A stretch of 64,000 nt of DNA, taken from NCBI GenBank assembly GCA_035193785.1, contig CP136572.1:2900578-2964577 (forward strand), in the 5' to 3' direction. This stretch comes from Planktothrix sp. GU0601_MAG3 (lineage in GTDB: Bacteria; Cyanobacteriota; Cyanobacteriia; Cyanobacteriales; Microcoleaceae). Position numbers and translations under genes: made by a program. The notes under the pieces are model-generated. The model did no database searches and was not told where the DNA came from. It saw only the letters and a list, made by a program, of their open reading frames with translations. Below, in pieces: positions 49,670 through 61,157 of the stretch; position 1 is the stretch's first letter; every line of letters starts with the position of its first letter.

Positions 49670-49972
49670 TTAATAATGATCTTTTTTGCTGTAAATCGAA
49701 CGATTTTCCACATTGATGGTGTCGATGATTGCCACAATCGCCGCATCACTAGGTCGTTTTTCACTCCCTTCAACATGGCGAGCCGCACTGCCTCGTGTGA
49801 CGAGTACCCATTCACCAATTCCGGCTCCTACCACATCAATTGCCACCTCATACTCGTTGGAGATATCTTCTCCATTTTCATCAACAAATCGTAAAAGCAT
49901 AAACTTGGAACCCCTTAAACTAGGTTCTTTCTGATTGCCAACAACCGTGCCAATCACTTTGGCAATTTGCAT
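49670..49972 (-). CDS. ccmL: Carboxysome vertex protein CcmL
   Basis: MQIAKVIGTVV, GAGIGEWVLV, GSAAR. Confidence 0.95.
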   Translation of the reverse strand: MQIAKVIGTVVGNQKEPSLRGSKFMLLRFVDENGEDISNEYEVAIDVVGAGIGEWVLVTRGSAARHVEGSEKRPSDAAIVAIIDTINVENRSIYSKKDHY

Positions 49973-50061
49973 AATGAGTCTGAGGAAGAATAAATGGGAA
50001 TTTGGAGCGATTTATCAAAGGATCAAGGGTAAATTTACCGATTGTTAAAATCCTCTGGAAA

Positions 50062-50403
50062 TTAGGGACGGTTTAAAGGACGAATCCCACTGAGGCTTTC
50101 GCGGAATTGTTCCACTGCTTCGGTATAGCGGATGGGTAAAACGTATTCTAAGTTTTCGTGGGGACGAGCGATAATATGAGTGGATAAAACTTCTCCACCC
50201 ATAACTCGTTTAATCGATTCCACCCCGGCGGATACGGATGCTTGCACTTCGGAGACATCCCCCCGCACAATCACGGTTACCCGGGCACTACCAATTTTTT
50301 CGTAACCCACTAAGGTAACACGGGCGGCTTTTACCATTGAGTCCGCTGCTTCCACAACGGCAGGAAAGCCTAAGGTCTCGATCATGCCAACTGCAATCGC
50401 CAT
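50062..50403 (-). CDS. ccmK1: Carboxysome shell protein CcmK1 (C-terminal extension)
   Basis: [30 protein letters not shown], 113 aa. Confidence 0.9.
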   Translation of the reverse strand: MAIAVGMIETLGFPAVVEAADSMVKAARVTLVGYEKIGSARVTVIVRGDVSEVQASVSAGVESIKRVMGGEVLSTHIIARPHENLEYVLPIRYTEAVEQFRESLSGIRPLNRP

Positions 50404-50566
50404 TAAATTTGACTCCTAAAATCAATCAAAACAGTTAGGGAATAATACAGAATTTCTACCTAAAATGGGAATAATTCTGATTTTAATTTGAAATTGACTT
50501 GGATTTGTGAAATTGCTGTTTATCGCTTCTCCTCGGGTCAATTCCAAGGTGGATTTTTTTCAGTCC

Positions 50567-50879
50567 CTAGTAAGAACGGAAACTGCTCGACGGCATCGGT
50601 ATAGCGAATCGGCAGAACATATTCTAGGTTCTCATGGGGACGGGCAATAATATGGGTGGAAGTCACTTGACCGCCATTGACTCGTTTGATGGATTCGACT
50701 CCGGCGGCTACGGATGCTTGCACTTCGGAGACATCGCCACGCACGATGACGGTGACTCGGCCACTGCCAATTTTCTCATATCCCACTAAGGTGACCCGGG
50801 CTGCTTTCACCATGGCATCCGCTGCTTCTACAACAGCAGGAAAGCCTAAAGTTTCAATCATTCCAACGGCAATTGACAT
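50567..50879 (-). CDS. ccmK2: Carboxysome shell protein CcmK2 (103 aa after correcting +1 at ~50580)
   Basis: BMC domain; corrected end EQFRSY*. Confidence 0.9.
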
Positions 50880-51438
50880 GGTTTAACTCCTAGTTAATCA
50901 ACAAAACAAACTACACTGTATTTTTAAGCAATAAGCGACTTTCCAACAGATTCAACCGTCGGATTTCGGGCTACACTCGGATGTTGCAGTTTCCCTTTCA
51001 GTCTAATTTTAGGGCTTATTGATCCCTAGATTTGGCAATAGTTATATTTTCCTATTGCTTACTTTCCCGCCATTGAGGATGGAAACGGAGATCAGCAGAT
51101 TACCTACAATTTCAATTTACAGAAATAGTAACGAACCTCCCTCTCTAAGAATAGGAGAAGGGTGACACTCTTGACAATATTAATCTGGATTATATTTTCT
51201 CATTTTTAATATTATTTTTGTTGATAATGAATTTTAATTAAGTTTTGTTAAGTTTTTAAAAATTATAACCGTGCCAATAAAACCATGGCTCTAATTAAAA
51301 GATTTTTTGCCCTTATAGCTCTATAAGATAGTATAATAGACCGCCAATTCCGGCCGCAAGTCAACCCAAAGACCTATGAATCCCAAATCTTGGTATAGTA
51401 ATCTGAGAATTACTAAGAATTTTCTAATTTTAAGTTAA
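50880..51438. promoter_or_regulatory. Divergent AT-rich promoter region between ccmK2 and ndhF4
   Basis: 559-bp intergenic region between head-to-head CCM operons; individual sites not assigned. Confidence 0.6.
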
Positions 51439-53312
51439 ATGACAGATTTTCTCCTCCACACCAGTTGGTGGATACCTTTTTATGGCTTAATTGGGGCAAT
51501 CTTGACCTTGCCTTGGTCAGCGGGATTGGTGCGTCGCACCGGGCCAAGACCCGCCGCCTACTTTAATTTGTTAATGACGGTTTTGGCCCTTGTCCATGGT
51601 TCGGTTGTTTTCCGCACCACCTGGGATGAAACCTATTCAGCAAATCGTTTTCCATTGGGTACACACCAACAATTTAGACCTGTCCTTTGCCCTGGAAATC
51701 TCCCCGGTGAGTTTGGGGGCCATGGAATTAATTACGGGTTTGAGTTTAATTGCTCAATGCTTCGCCCTGGGCTATATGGAAAAGGACTGGGCTCTGGCTC
51801 GGTTTTTTGGCCTGATGGGCTTCTTTGAAGCGGCTATTAGTGGGTTGGCCTTGAGTGATTCCTTGTTACTGAGTTATATCCTCCTAGAATTATTAACCCT
51901 CTCTACCTATCTACTGGTGGGCTTCTGGTATGCCCAACCCCTGGTGGTGACGGCGGCTCGGGATGCGTTTTTAACCAAACGGGTCGGAGATGTGTTGCTG
52001 TTGATGGGGGTGGTGTATCTCTCCACCTTGGCCGGAAGTTTGAGCTTTTCCGATTTGGAAGGATGGGCAGAAACCGCCACCTTAATGCCCCTCCAGGCGA
52101 CCTTACTGGGTTTAGCCTTGATTTCTGGCCCGATTGGAAAATGCGCTCAATTTCCCTTAAATCTTTGGTTAGATGAGGCGATGGAAGGCCCTAACCCGGC
52201 TTCGATTCTGCGAAATTCCGTGGTGGTGGCCAGTGGGGCCTATGTCCTAATTAAACTACAACCGGTTTTAGTCCTTTCCCCGATTGCTTCCACAACCTTA
52301 GTGGTTTTGGGGACAATTACCGCCATTGGTGCTTCTCTGGTTTCTATTGCCCAAATTGATCTCAAACGGGCTCTATCCCATTCCACCAGTGCCTATTTAG
52401 GGTTGGTGTTTATTGCGGTGGGGGAAAGTCATGTTGATATTGCCCTACTATTATTGTTCACCCATGCGATCGCCAAAGCCTTAGTTTTCATGAGTGCGGG
52501 CTCGGTAATTCTCACCACCAATACCCAAAATCTCACGGAGATGGGGGGGTTATGGTCAAAAATGCCCGCCACGACAATGGCTTTTATTGTGGGTGCTGCG
52601 GGTTTAGTGGGGTTAATGCCCTTGGGTACTTTTTGGACAATGCGCCGTTGGGTGAATGGATTTTGGACAGTACCTCTGTGGTTGATTTTGGTCTTGCTGC
52701 TGGTTAATTGTTTAACGGCTTTGAGTTTAACCCGGGTTTTTGGATTGGTTTTTGCGGGAAAACCTCAACAAAAAACTCGGCGAGCACCGGAAGTTCCTTG
52801 GCCGATGGCTTTACCTATGGTTGCCATGATTATTCTGACTTTATTAGTGCCGATCATGTTACAACGATGGCAATTATTACTCAGTTGGACTGTACCTTTG
52901 GTGGAAGTTCCCGCCACGGGATTGGCTGAGGTTTTGCGTCAAGCCACGGTGCCTTTACTGGTGATTTCGGGTTTAGTTGGAGTGGCAATTGGAGGCGGAA
53001 TTTATTTATTTGGAATGGGTTTCTAAACCTTATAAATTACCCTGGAAGGGATTACAAGATTTATTCGCTTACGATTTCTATATTGATAGAATTTACGATC
53101 TGACGGTTGTTCTATTTGTCAGTCGAATTTCTGCTTTTAGTGCTTGGATTGATCGCTATATTATCGATGGCATTGTTAATGTTTTTGGTTTAGCGACTTT
53201 GTTTAGTGGAGAAGGATTAAAATACAGTATTTCTGGACAATCCCAATTTTATCTCCTAACTATTGCTTTGGGGGTGGGGGTGTTGGTGGGATTAATGTTG
53301 TGGCAATTTTGA
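51439..53312 (+). CDS. ndhF4: NDH-1 CO2-uptake subunit NdhF4 (frameshifts at ~51629 and ~53021)
   Basis: RRTGPRPAAY, GFWYAQPLVV, KCAQFPLNLWLDEAMEGP; divergent from ccmK and followed by cupB. Confidence 0.88.
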
Positions 53313-53349
53313 TCACGGATTTAGACGGATTGAAGGATGACACGGATTA
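53310..53349 (+). repeat. Half-copy of the CACGGATTA 9-mer family element
   Basis: TGATCACGGATTTAGACGGATTGAAGGATGACACGGATTA, starting at the ndhF4 TGA. Confidence 0.8.
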
Positions 53350-53431
53350 TCGGAGTTATCAGTAATTACTGATTACTGATTACCGATTACTGATTACTGA
53401 TTACTGATTACTGATTACCCATGACTGCTTT

Positions 53432-54934
53432 ATGCTTAGTGTATTAATTTGGCTTCCTTTATTTGGCGCGGCTATTATTGCCTTTTGGCCGAATTTATCG
53501 GGTAAAACGGCTCGTCAATTGTCCCTAGTCATCGCCGGAGGATTATTTTTATGGTCGTTGGTTTTAGCGGGACTATTTGATCCAGATAATCCGGCTTTAC
53601 AATTTAAAGAATATATTCCCTGGATTAAACCTTTGGGGTTAAATTATACTTTAGGGGTTGATGGTTTATCCTTACCTTTGGTGATTTTAAATGGGCTATT
53701 AATTACGATTGCGATCGCAATTACCGATGTATTTATTAGTCGTCATCAACTCTATTACGCCTCAATATTACTGATTTCGGCGGGAATTTCAGGAACATTT
53801 TTATCCCAAAATCTGTTATTATTTCTGCTATTTTATGAAGTAGAATTAATCCCTTTATATCTGTTAATTGCAATTTGGGGAGGCAAACGCAAAGGCTATG
53901 CAGCCACTAAATTTCTACTATATACGGCCGTTTCGGGATTTCTGATTTTAGCTTCCTTTTTGGGAATTGTTTGGCTGACCCATACCCTAGATTTCGATTT
54001 AGAGACCATTAGTGCTGCGGCGTTAGGAGTCTCATCTTTACCCTTAACCACCCAACTGATTTTATTAGGCGGTCTGTTAATTGGATTTGGGATTAAAATT
54101 CCCCTGTTTCCCTTCCATACCTGGCTACCGGATGCCCACGTCGAAGCCTCAACCCCTGTTTCTGTGCTATTGGCCGGGGTATTATTAAAGTTAGGAACCT
54201 ACGGGTTATTACGGTTTGGGGTCGGCCTATTTCCCGATGCTTGGTCAGTGGTTGCTCCCTGGGCGGCTAGTTGGGCGGTGGTGAGTGTTTTATATGGAGC
54301 TTTTTGTGCCATTTCTCAAAAAGATATGAAGAAAATGATCGCCTATAGTTCTATTGCTCACATGGGCTATATTTTATTAGCCTTTGCTGCCGCTAACTCC
54401 ACCAGTTTGTTAGGCGCTGTGATGCAAATGGTGAGTCATGGTTTAATCTCAGGATTAATGTTTTTAACCGTTGGGGTTGTATACCGAAAAGCCGGAAGTC
54501 GGGATTTAGATATTATTCGAGGGTTACTCAATCCAGAACGAGGTTTACCCCTGATTGGAACTATTATGATTATGGCGGTCATGGCGAGTGCGGGAATACC
54601 GGGGTTAGTGGGATTTGTGGCGGAATTTATCATCTTTCGAGGCAGTATGGAAGTCTTCCCCGTACAAACTTTATTGTGCATGATTGGAACGGGATTAACT
54701 TCAGTTTATTTCCTAATTATGATTAATAAAGCTTTCTTTGGTCGCCTCTCGGAATATGTGGTGAATTTGCCTTCTGTGCAATGGAGTGATCGCATTCCAG
54801 CAATGATTTTAGCTTTAATTATTGTACTCCTAGGAATTCAACCGAACTTACTGGTGAGATTAAGTGATGCGTCTACCACAGCTTTAGCCCATACTCAACC
54901 CTTATTTGCTCATCATCTCACAGAAAAAGTTTGA
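53432..54934 (+). CDS. ndhD4: NDH-1 CO2-uptake subunit NdhD4
   Basis: NuoM-like: FPFHTWLPDAHVEAS, LLNPERGLP. Confidence 0.88.
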   Translation: MLSVLIWLPLFGAAIIAFWPNLSGKTARQLSLVIAGGLFLWSLVLAGLFDPDNPALQFKEYIPWIKPLGLNYTLGVDGLSLPLVILNGLLITIAIAITDVFISRHQLYYASILLISAGISGTFLSQNLLLFLLFYEVELIPLYLLIAIWGGKRKGYAATKFLLYTAVSGFLILASFLGIVWLTHTLDFDLETISAAALGVSSLPLTTQLILLGGLLIGFGIKIPLFPFHTWLPDAHVEASTPVSVLLAGVLLKLGTYGLLRFGVGLFPDAWSVVAPWAASWAVVSVLYGAFCAISQKDMKKMIAYSSIAHMGYILLAFAAANSTSLLGAVMQMVSHGLISGLMFLTVGVVYRKAGSRDLDIIRGLLNPERGLPLIGTIMIMAVMASAGIPGLVGFVAEFIIFRGSMEVFPVQTLLCMIGTGLTSVYFLIMINKAFFGRLSEYVVNLPSVQWSDRIPAMILALIIVLLGIQPNLLVRLSDASTTALAHTQPLFAHHLTEKV

Positions 54935-55029
54935 ATTTATGGATAGAGTGGGTCTAAATAATTGAGCAAAAAATTAAACCCACTTTATCACTTTTCCAAA
55001 GATAAATTTTAATTAAACCTTTAAACAAA

Positions 55030-56199
55030 ATGACAACTACCAATTTTAATGCCATGTCTAAACATCCTCTATCTGAATATATTCATCGCCTAGAGTCCGG
55101 TGGAGCCTTATTACCCGATTATCCTGAAAATTTGGTAGAAGTTGTCGGTATTTTAAAAAGTTATGGCATTGTTTTAGATGCCTATTCTAAGAATTTAATT
55201 TATATTGCCGATGAACAGTTTTTAGAATTATTTCCCTTTTTTAAGTATTTTAATGGAGAGGTAAATATCAAAAAAATATTTCAATATTTGTGGCATGATC
55301 GGATTAACTTTGAATATGCCGAATATTGTATGAAAACCATGTTTTGGCATGGGGGTGGCAAATTAGATGAATATTTAGACTCTCCTGAATTTCTCAAGTT
55401 AGCAGAAACTGCAATTCAAGCCAAAACTAAGGGAAATTTGATGATTCAAACCCTCCATCGTTTTTTCCCAGAATTTCTCCCCGAACAAATCCGACAACTC
55501 GCCTATTATAGTGGATTAGGTCAATTTTGGCGGGTGATGAGTGATATGTTTATTTCCCTTTCTGACCGTTATGATCAAGGGGAAATTAAATCTATTCCTG
55601 AAGTGGTGAATCATATTTTATTGGCATTAGTAGAAGCTGCCAATACACCTATTACCTATAGCGTTAAAATTAACGATAAAGTTTATGATATCCTCCCAAA
55701 ATCTGCCGGATTAACCTTTTTAATGGATACCGCAGTTCCCTATGTGGAAGCCGTGTTCTTTAGGGGAACTCCTTTTCCGGGAACGGTTTCTTATAATGCC
55801 CAAGCCCATCAAATTCCTACAGAACAAAAAGACTTTGCCTATGGTGCATTATACGCCGATCCCCTACCCATTGGCGGTTCAGGTATTCCCCCAACTCAAT
55901 TAATGCAGGATATGCGCCATTTTCTTCCTGATTATTTACATAATATTTATCAAAATAGTTGTCGCGGGGAAGATGATTTACGGGTGCAAATTTGTCAGAG
56001 TTTTCAAAAGTCAATGTTCTGTGTCACTACGGCGGCAATTCTGGGATTAGCACCCTATTCTATTAATACTAATGATCCCGAACAAAAACAAGCTAATCGG
56101 ATCTATTTTGAAAATTGGATGGATCGATTTTTAGACTCCCGTTTAGGGGAAGTTAATCAACCCACATCCAGGGAATGTAAGCTATTTCCAGAACGTTAA
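55030..56199 (+). CDS. cupB: CO2 hydration protein CupB (ChpX)
   Basis: HDRINFEYAEYCM, YADPLPIGGSGIPPT; 389 aa, in ndhF4/D4 context. Confidence 0.88.
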   Translation: MTTTNFNAMSKHPLSEYIHRLESGGALLPDYPENLVEVVGILKSYGIVLDAYSKNLIYIADEQFLELFPFFKYFNGEVNIKKIFQYLWHDRINFEYAEYCMKTMFWHGGGKLDEYLDSPEFLKLAETAIQAKTKGNLMIQTLHRFFPEFLPEQIRQLAYYSGLGQFWRVMSDMFISLSDRYDQGEIKSIPEVVNHILLALVEAANTPITYSVKINDKVYDILPKSAGLTFLMDTAVPYVEAVFFRGTPFPGTVSYNAQAHQIPTEQKDFAYGALYADPLPIGGSGIPPTQLMQDMRHFLPDYLHNIYQNSCRGEDDLRVQICQSFQKSMFCVTTAAILGLAPYSINTNDPEQKQANRIYFENWMDRFLDSRLGEVNQPTSRECKLFPER

Positions 56200-56229
56200 A
56201 AGACACTTTAAAAGAGCGAGGATTGTTAA

Positions 56230-58924
56230 ATGTCAGCAACACCGGAAAGTTTACAAAAATTTATTGATTTCTGTAAAGAACATATCACAGGACAGGAAAG
56301 AAAAGAAGCACAAACTTTTTTAGATCGTTTTTTTAAAGCATTCGGTTATGATGGTGCTTTAGAAGCGGGAGCAAAATATGAGGAAGCGATCAAAAAAGGC
56401 AGCCTAAAAGGTAAAACTGGTTTTGCTGATTTAATTTGGAAACCTAAAGTTTTAATTGAGATGAAACAACGCGGTGAGGATCTTAATAAACATTATGCCC
56501 AAGCTTTTGCTTATTGGCAACGTTTAGTACCTAATCGCCCTCGTTATGTGATTCTTTGTAATTTTGATGAATTTTGGATTTTTGATTTTGATAATCAATT
56601 AGATGAAACCTGTTGATAAAGTCGCTCTGATTAACTTAGTAGAAAGAGCGAGTGCTTTTGCTTTTATGGAGTCAGGAAATCGGACTCCTGTTTTTAGAAA
56701 TAATCAAGTAGAAATTACTGAAATTGCGGCGCGAAGAATGGGGGAATTATTTACCATTTTACAGCAAAGATTATCAAAACAAGCTGATTCTGAATTAATC
56801 GCTCAACGTTTTATTTTACAATGTGTGTTAGCCATGTTTGCCCAAGATCGAGGATTATTACCTCAAGATCTATTTATTGCTTGTGTACAAGATTGTCTGC
56901 AAAATAAACTAAGCTCCTATGATATCATTGGGGGATTATTTAGAGAAATGAATCAAACCGGAATTACTCCGGCTGGGCGTTATAAAGGTGTAGATTATTT
57001 TAATGGCGGACTATTTTCTACGATTTATCCAATTGATTTAACTGAGAAAGAATTAGAATTTTTAGATGTGGCTGCGAGACAGGATTGGAGTAAGGTTAGA
57101 CCCGCTATTTTTGGGAATATTTTTGAAGGCTCGGTTAATAAAAAAGACCGTCATTCCTACGGAATTCATTATACTTCAGAAAGTGATATAATGAACATTG
57201 TTCGCCCTACTATTAGTCAGTATTGGGAGGAGCGTATTGAGGGTGCAAATACCCTTAAGCAATTGTATCAATTACAGTTAGATTTACTAAATTATAAAGT
57301 CTTAGATCCGGCTTGCGGGAGTGGAAATTTTCTTTATATTGCTTATCAGGAATTAAAACGCATTGAGCAGCTTTTAATTCATAAAATTATGAGTAAAAAA
57401 ACCACCAATATTGATCAATTACAGATCAGTTTTGTTACTCCCCATCAGTTTTATGGAATGGATCTTAATCCTTTTGCGGTGGAGTTAGCTAGAGTTACTT
57501 TAATGATAGCGCGTAAAGTGGCAATTGATAAGTTTAATTTAACTGAAAATTCTTTACCTTTAGATACTTTAGATAATAATATTGTCTGTAAAGATGCTCT
57601 TTTTAGTGATTGGGTCAAGGCTGATGCTATTATTGGCAATCCTCCCTTTTTAGGAGGTAAACATATTCGCTTAAACTTTGGGGATGATTATGTTGATCGC
57701 CTGTTTGAAAAATATCCTAAAGATGTGGATTTTTGCAGTTATTGGTTTAGATTAGCCCATGATAATATTGATCATAATGGGAGAGTAGGTTTAGTTGCGA
57801 CTAATTCAATTAGTCAAGGGAAAAGTCGCAAGGTTTCTTTAGATTATATCAATGAAAATAACGGTTATATTCACGAAGCTATTTCAACTCAGGAATGGTC
57901 TGGAGAAGCCGCCGTTCATGTTAGTATTGTGAATTGGTGTAAAATCAAACCCGATGCTTATTTTTTAGATCATCAACCCGTTAATTTTATTAATTCTTCT
58001 CTGACTTCTTTAACTGATGTTTCTAGTGCTAAAACTTTAAAAGCAAATCTTAATATATGTTTTCAAGGTGTAATTCCTGTGGGAAAAGATTTCTATATTA
58101 CAGGTAAGATAGCTGAAGAATGGATCAAAAAAGATCCGAAGAATGAAAAAGTTTTAAAATTATCTCCATCAGCAGACGATTTAACTAAAAATCCTAACGG
58201 AAAACCGAGTCGATGGATTATTGATTTTAATGATTTGAGTTTAGAAGATGCTAGTGATTACGAATTACCTTTTAATTATGTTAAAATTAATGTTAAACCA
58301 GAAAGAGATAAAAATAGAGATCAAAAAGCGAGAGAATCTTGGTGGATGTTTTTGCGTCCACGTCCAGAAATGAGAAAAGCACTTAAAAATTTATCTTACC
58401 ATTTTGCTATTCCTAGACATTCTAAATGGTTTATATTTATACCTAATGAATCAACAGATTTACCTGCTGATTCTACTGTAATTGTTGCATCAGAAGATTT
58501 TTATATATTAGGTATTCTCACCGCAAAAATTCATCGTATTTGGGTAAAAGCACAAAGTTCAACTTTAAAAGGAGATACCCGCTATACTAATACAACCTGT
58601 TTTGAAACCTTCCCCTTTCCGCAAACACCGACTAAAAAGATAGTCGAAAAAATCAGAGAAACTATGATTAAACTCCATGAATATCGAACAGAGCAAATGG
58701 AGAAAAAACAATGGGGAATTACCCAATTATACAACAAATTTTTTACTGAGCCTAGTAGTCAATTGTATAAACTCCATCAACAATTAGATAAATTAGCAAT
58801 GGAGGCTTATGAATTTAATCCCGATGATGATCTTTTAGAGAAATTATTAAAACTCAACCTAGAGTTAGCCGAAAAAGAGGAAAGAGGGGAAAAAATAGTC
58901 GGTTGTTGGGATATTTATCAATAA
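56230..58924 (+). CDS. MmeI-like type IIG/IIL restriction-modification enzyme (frameshift at ~56606)
   Basis: N-terminal AD...IEMK nuclease, DPACGSGNF motif I, GNPPF motif IV, RYTNTTCFETFPFP. Confidence 0.88.
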
Positions 58925-58935
58925 TATTTGACACT

Positions 58936-58956
58936 AGAAACCCGGTTTCTGAGTCC
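58936..58956 (+). repeat. 21-bp direct repeat with palindromic core; second copy at 60349-60369
   Basis: AGAAACCCGGTTTCTGAGTCC at both positions. Confidence 0.85.
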
Positions 58957-58962
58957 TCATAT

Positions 58963-59356
58963 TCAATACCAGTCAGCGATCGCAAGTCCTAAAACTCTCG
59001 AAAACTCCTTGACATTGTGGGTAACAAGAGTTGCTTGAAGTGAAGCGGCTGTCCCTGCAATCAAAACATCGATCGGGCCGATGGGAGTACCTTGTTGCTC
59101 CAATTGAGCGCGAATTGTCGCAGCAGCAACAGCAGAATTGCGATCAAAAGGAATAAGGTTAATTCGGTTTCAAAAGTTGCTGAAGTTGTTGGGTACGTTT
59201 TGCAGGGGAGGTAGATTTAGCAATACCCACTTGCAATTCAAACAGGACGATCGCAGAAATACCAATTTCTTGAGGAGATACATTAGCAAGGTTTTGGGCA
59301 ATTCTTCCTTGTCCTTTAAAGTAGTAAATTAATGTATTTGTATCCAAGATGTACAC
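58963..59356 (-). CDS. vapC: VapC-family PIN-domain toxin (frameshift at ~59169)
   Basis: ILDTNTLI, ELQVG, then manually PIGPIDVLIAGTA...LVTHNVKEFSRV...ADWY*. Confidence 0.88.
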
Positions 59357-59607
59357 TAGAAACTCTCCCGCAAGATGTCTTCTCCCAACTCAGCACGAAT
59401 ATCTTCCAGAGTAGGAAAGTCTTCTGCCCATGTTCGGGCTAGGGAATAAACCAGTTCCGCCCAAGGAGTCGAAGTATCTAATGTAGCACTCGATGGGTTA
59501 GCATTCAGGTGCTGGGCGCGAATAAATTCAGCAAAAGTGAGAATTTCGCAGGCTTGCTCTTGGGGAAGGCTTTTAACGATCTCGTAGATTTGTTCAATGA
59601 TAGTCAT
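59356..59607 (-). CDS. Putative antitoxin (DUF2281-like)
   Basis: 83 aa, LPQEQACEILTFAEFI; overlaps the vapC start. Confidence 0.7.
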   Translation of the reverse strand: MTIIEQIYEIVKSLPQEQACEILTFAEFIRAQHLNANPSSATLDTSTPWAELVYSLARTWAEDFPTLEDIRAELGEDILRESF

Positions 59608-59692
59608 AATCTGTTTGGTGATCGAGTATGTTTATTGCTATTTAATCTAACTGATTTCATGTTATCATAAAATCACTTGAGAGCATAAGGAA

Positions 59693-60349
59693 ATGACCAT
59701 GCAAACCCAAGAAAAATCAGCAATCGAAAAGCTACCCAAAACCGAAAAACGCTATTACACCCCAGAGGAATATCTAGCATTAGAAGAAACTGCGATCGAC
59801 AAGAGTGAATACCATGATGGGGAGATAGTAACAATGCCAGGGGGAACAACTAACCACAACAGCATCATCATTAACTTGATTGCTAACTTGAAATTCGGAT
59901 TACGCGACAAAAATTACAGCTTATTTACTAGCGATGTGCTTCTGTGGATACCCCAAACTCGCCGTTATGTCTATCCCGATATCATGGTGATGCAAGGAGA
60001 ACCAATCTATCAAGAAAATAACCAAACAGTTGTGACAAATCCTCTGGTAATTATTGAGGTTTTATCTAATTCAACCAAAGACTATGATCGAGGTGGAAAA
60101 TTTCTCGCCTATCGCTCAATTTATGAATTTAAAGAATATATTTTAATTGACCAATATAGCTATCATATTGAACAATTTGCTAAAAATTCTAATAGAAAAT
60201 GGGTATTAACAGAGTATGATTTAGAAGAATCTATATTAACCCTAGAATCCGTAGAATTTCAGATGCCACTGATAGAAATTTACGAAGGAATTAATTTTGA
60301 GGCTAACGCAGAAGAAGTAAACGAGCTAACCGATGAAATCCAACAATAA
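59693..60349 (+). CDS. Uma2-family endonuclease
   Basis: YTPEEYL, EYHDGEI, YPD, IIEVLSNST...DRGGKF...EYILIDQ. Confidence 0.92.
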   Translation: MTMQTQEKSAIEKLPKTEKRYYTPEEYLALEETAIDKSEYHDGEIVTMPGGTTNHNSIIINLIANLKFGLRDKNYSLFTSDVLLWIPQTRRYVYPDIMVMQGEPIYQENNQTVVTNPLVIIEVLSNSTKDYDRGGKFLAYRSIYEFKEYILIDQYSYHIEQFAKNSNRKWVLTEYDLEESILTLESVEFQMPLIEIYEGINFEANAEEVNELTDEIQQ

Positions 60350-60457
60350 GAAACCCGGTTTCTGAGTCCCACGCGCGACTATATCTAGTTGTTAGAAGTG
60401 AAAGGGTTTCAGGACTCAAAAGTGTCCTAACTGTAATGCGTAGCGCTATATCACTAA

Positions 60458-61043
60458 CTAAACTCCGCCAAATCTTTCAATTGGCCAAAAACGAAAGACG
60501 GCGCGACCAATAATATTTTCTTTAGGAAGAAAACCCCAAACATGGGAATCATTACTATCGTTGCGATTATCTCCCATTACAAAATAGGAATTCTCAGGAA
60601 CTTTTACTGGGGGTAATTGATAATGGGGTTCCTCAGCAATATAACGTTCAAATTGGGGCTGATTATCAATATAAACCCGACCATTTTTAACTTCAATTGT
60701 TTGACCGGGTTGACCAATAACGCGCTTAATAAAGGCTTGATCTGCTCCATAGCCAATCTCTTGTAATTGGGGAGGAGGAATAAAAACAATAATATCGCCA
60801 AATTGGGGAGAATCTAAATAATAGGATACCTTTTCTATGACTAAGCGATCGCCGATTTCTAAAGTCGGGAACATCGAATCAGAAGGAATAAATCGAGGTT
60901 TCAGCCACAAAAGTTCTAATTAATAATGATAGTCCCAAGGCGATCGCTAAAATTACAATATTCTCTCGGATTTGATTCCAGAGACTTTTCTCAGGAATTG
61001 CAGGTTGGGGCTTTTGAATTGCTTGTTTTTCTTCAGATTTCAT
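60458..61043 (-). CDS. lepB: Signal peptidase I (frameshift at ~60899)
   Basis: PSDSMFPTL, FIKRVIG, GDNRNDSNDSH. Confidence 0.93.
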
Positions 61044-61078
61044 TGTTTTTTTCCCTAATATCATTATCTATAAAAATA

Positions 61079-61127
61079 AATTGAGAATTAAGAATCGCAA
61101 TTAAGCTATGATTCTTAATTCTCAATT
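61079..61127. terminator. Perfect 18-bp inverted repeat downstream of crtR
   Basis: AATTGAGAATTAAGAATC-N13-GATTCTTAATTCTCAATT. Confidence 0.6.
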
Positions 61128-61157
61128 ATTAATCCCTTGAATTTCAGGGATAAATTG

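Noticed and set aside
50538..50580. Novel C-terminal extension on CcmK2 ([14 protein letters not shown])
   Set aside because: Artefact of a GTTC->GTTTC insertion; the corrected end is EQFRSY*.
51036..51326. LysR (CcmR/NdhR-type) operator in the ccmK-ndhF4 intergenic region
   Set aside because: The palindromes CAATAG-N10-CTATTG and TTATAG-N2-CTATAA do not match the ATAG-N8-CTAT spacing, and the region is too AT-rich to call a site.
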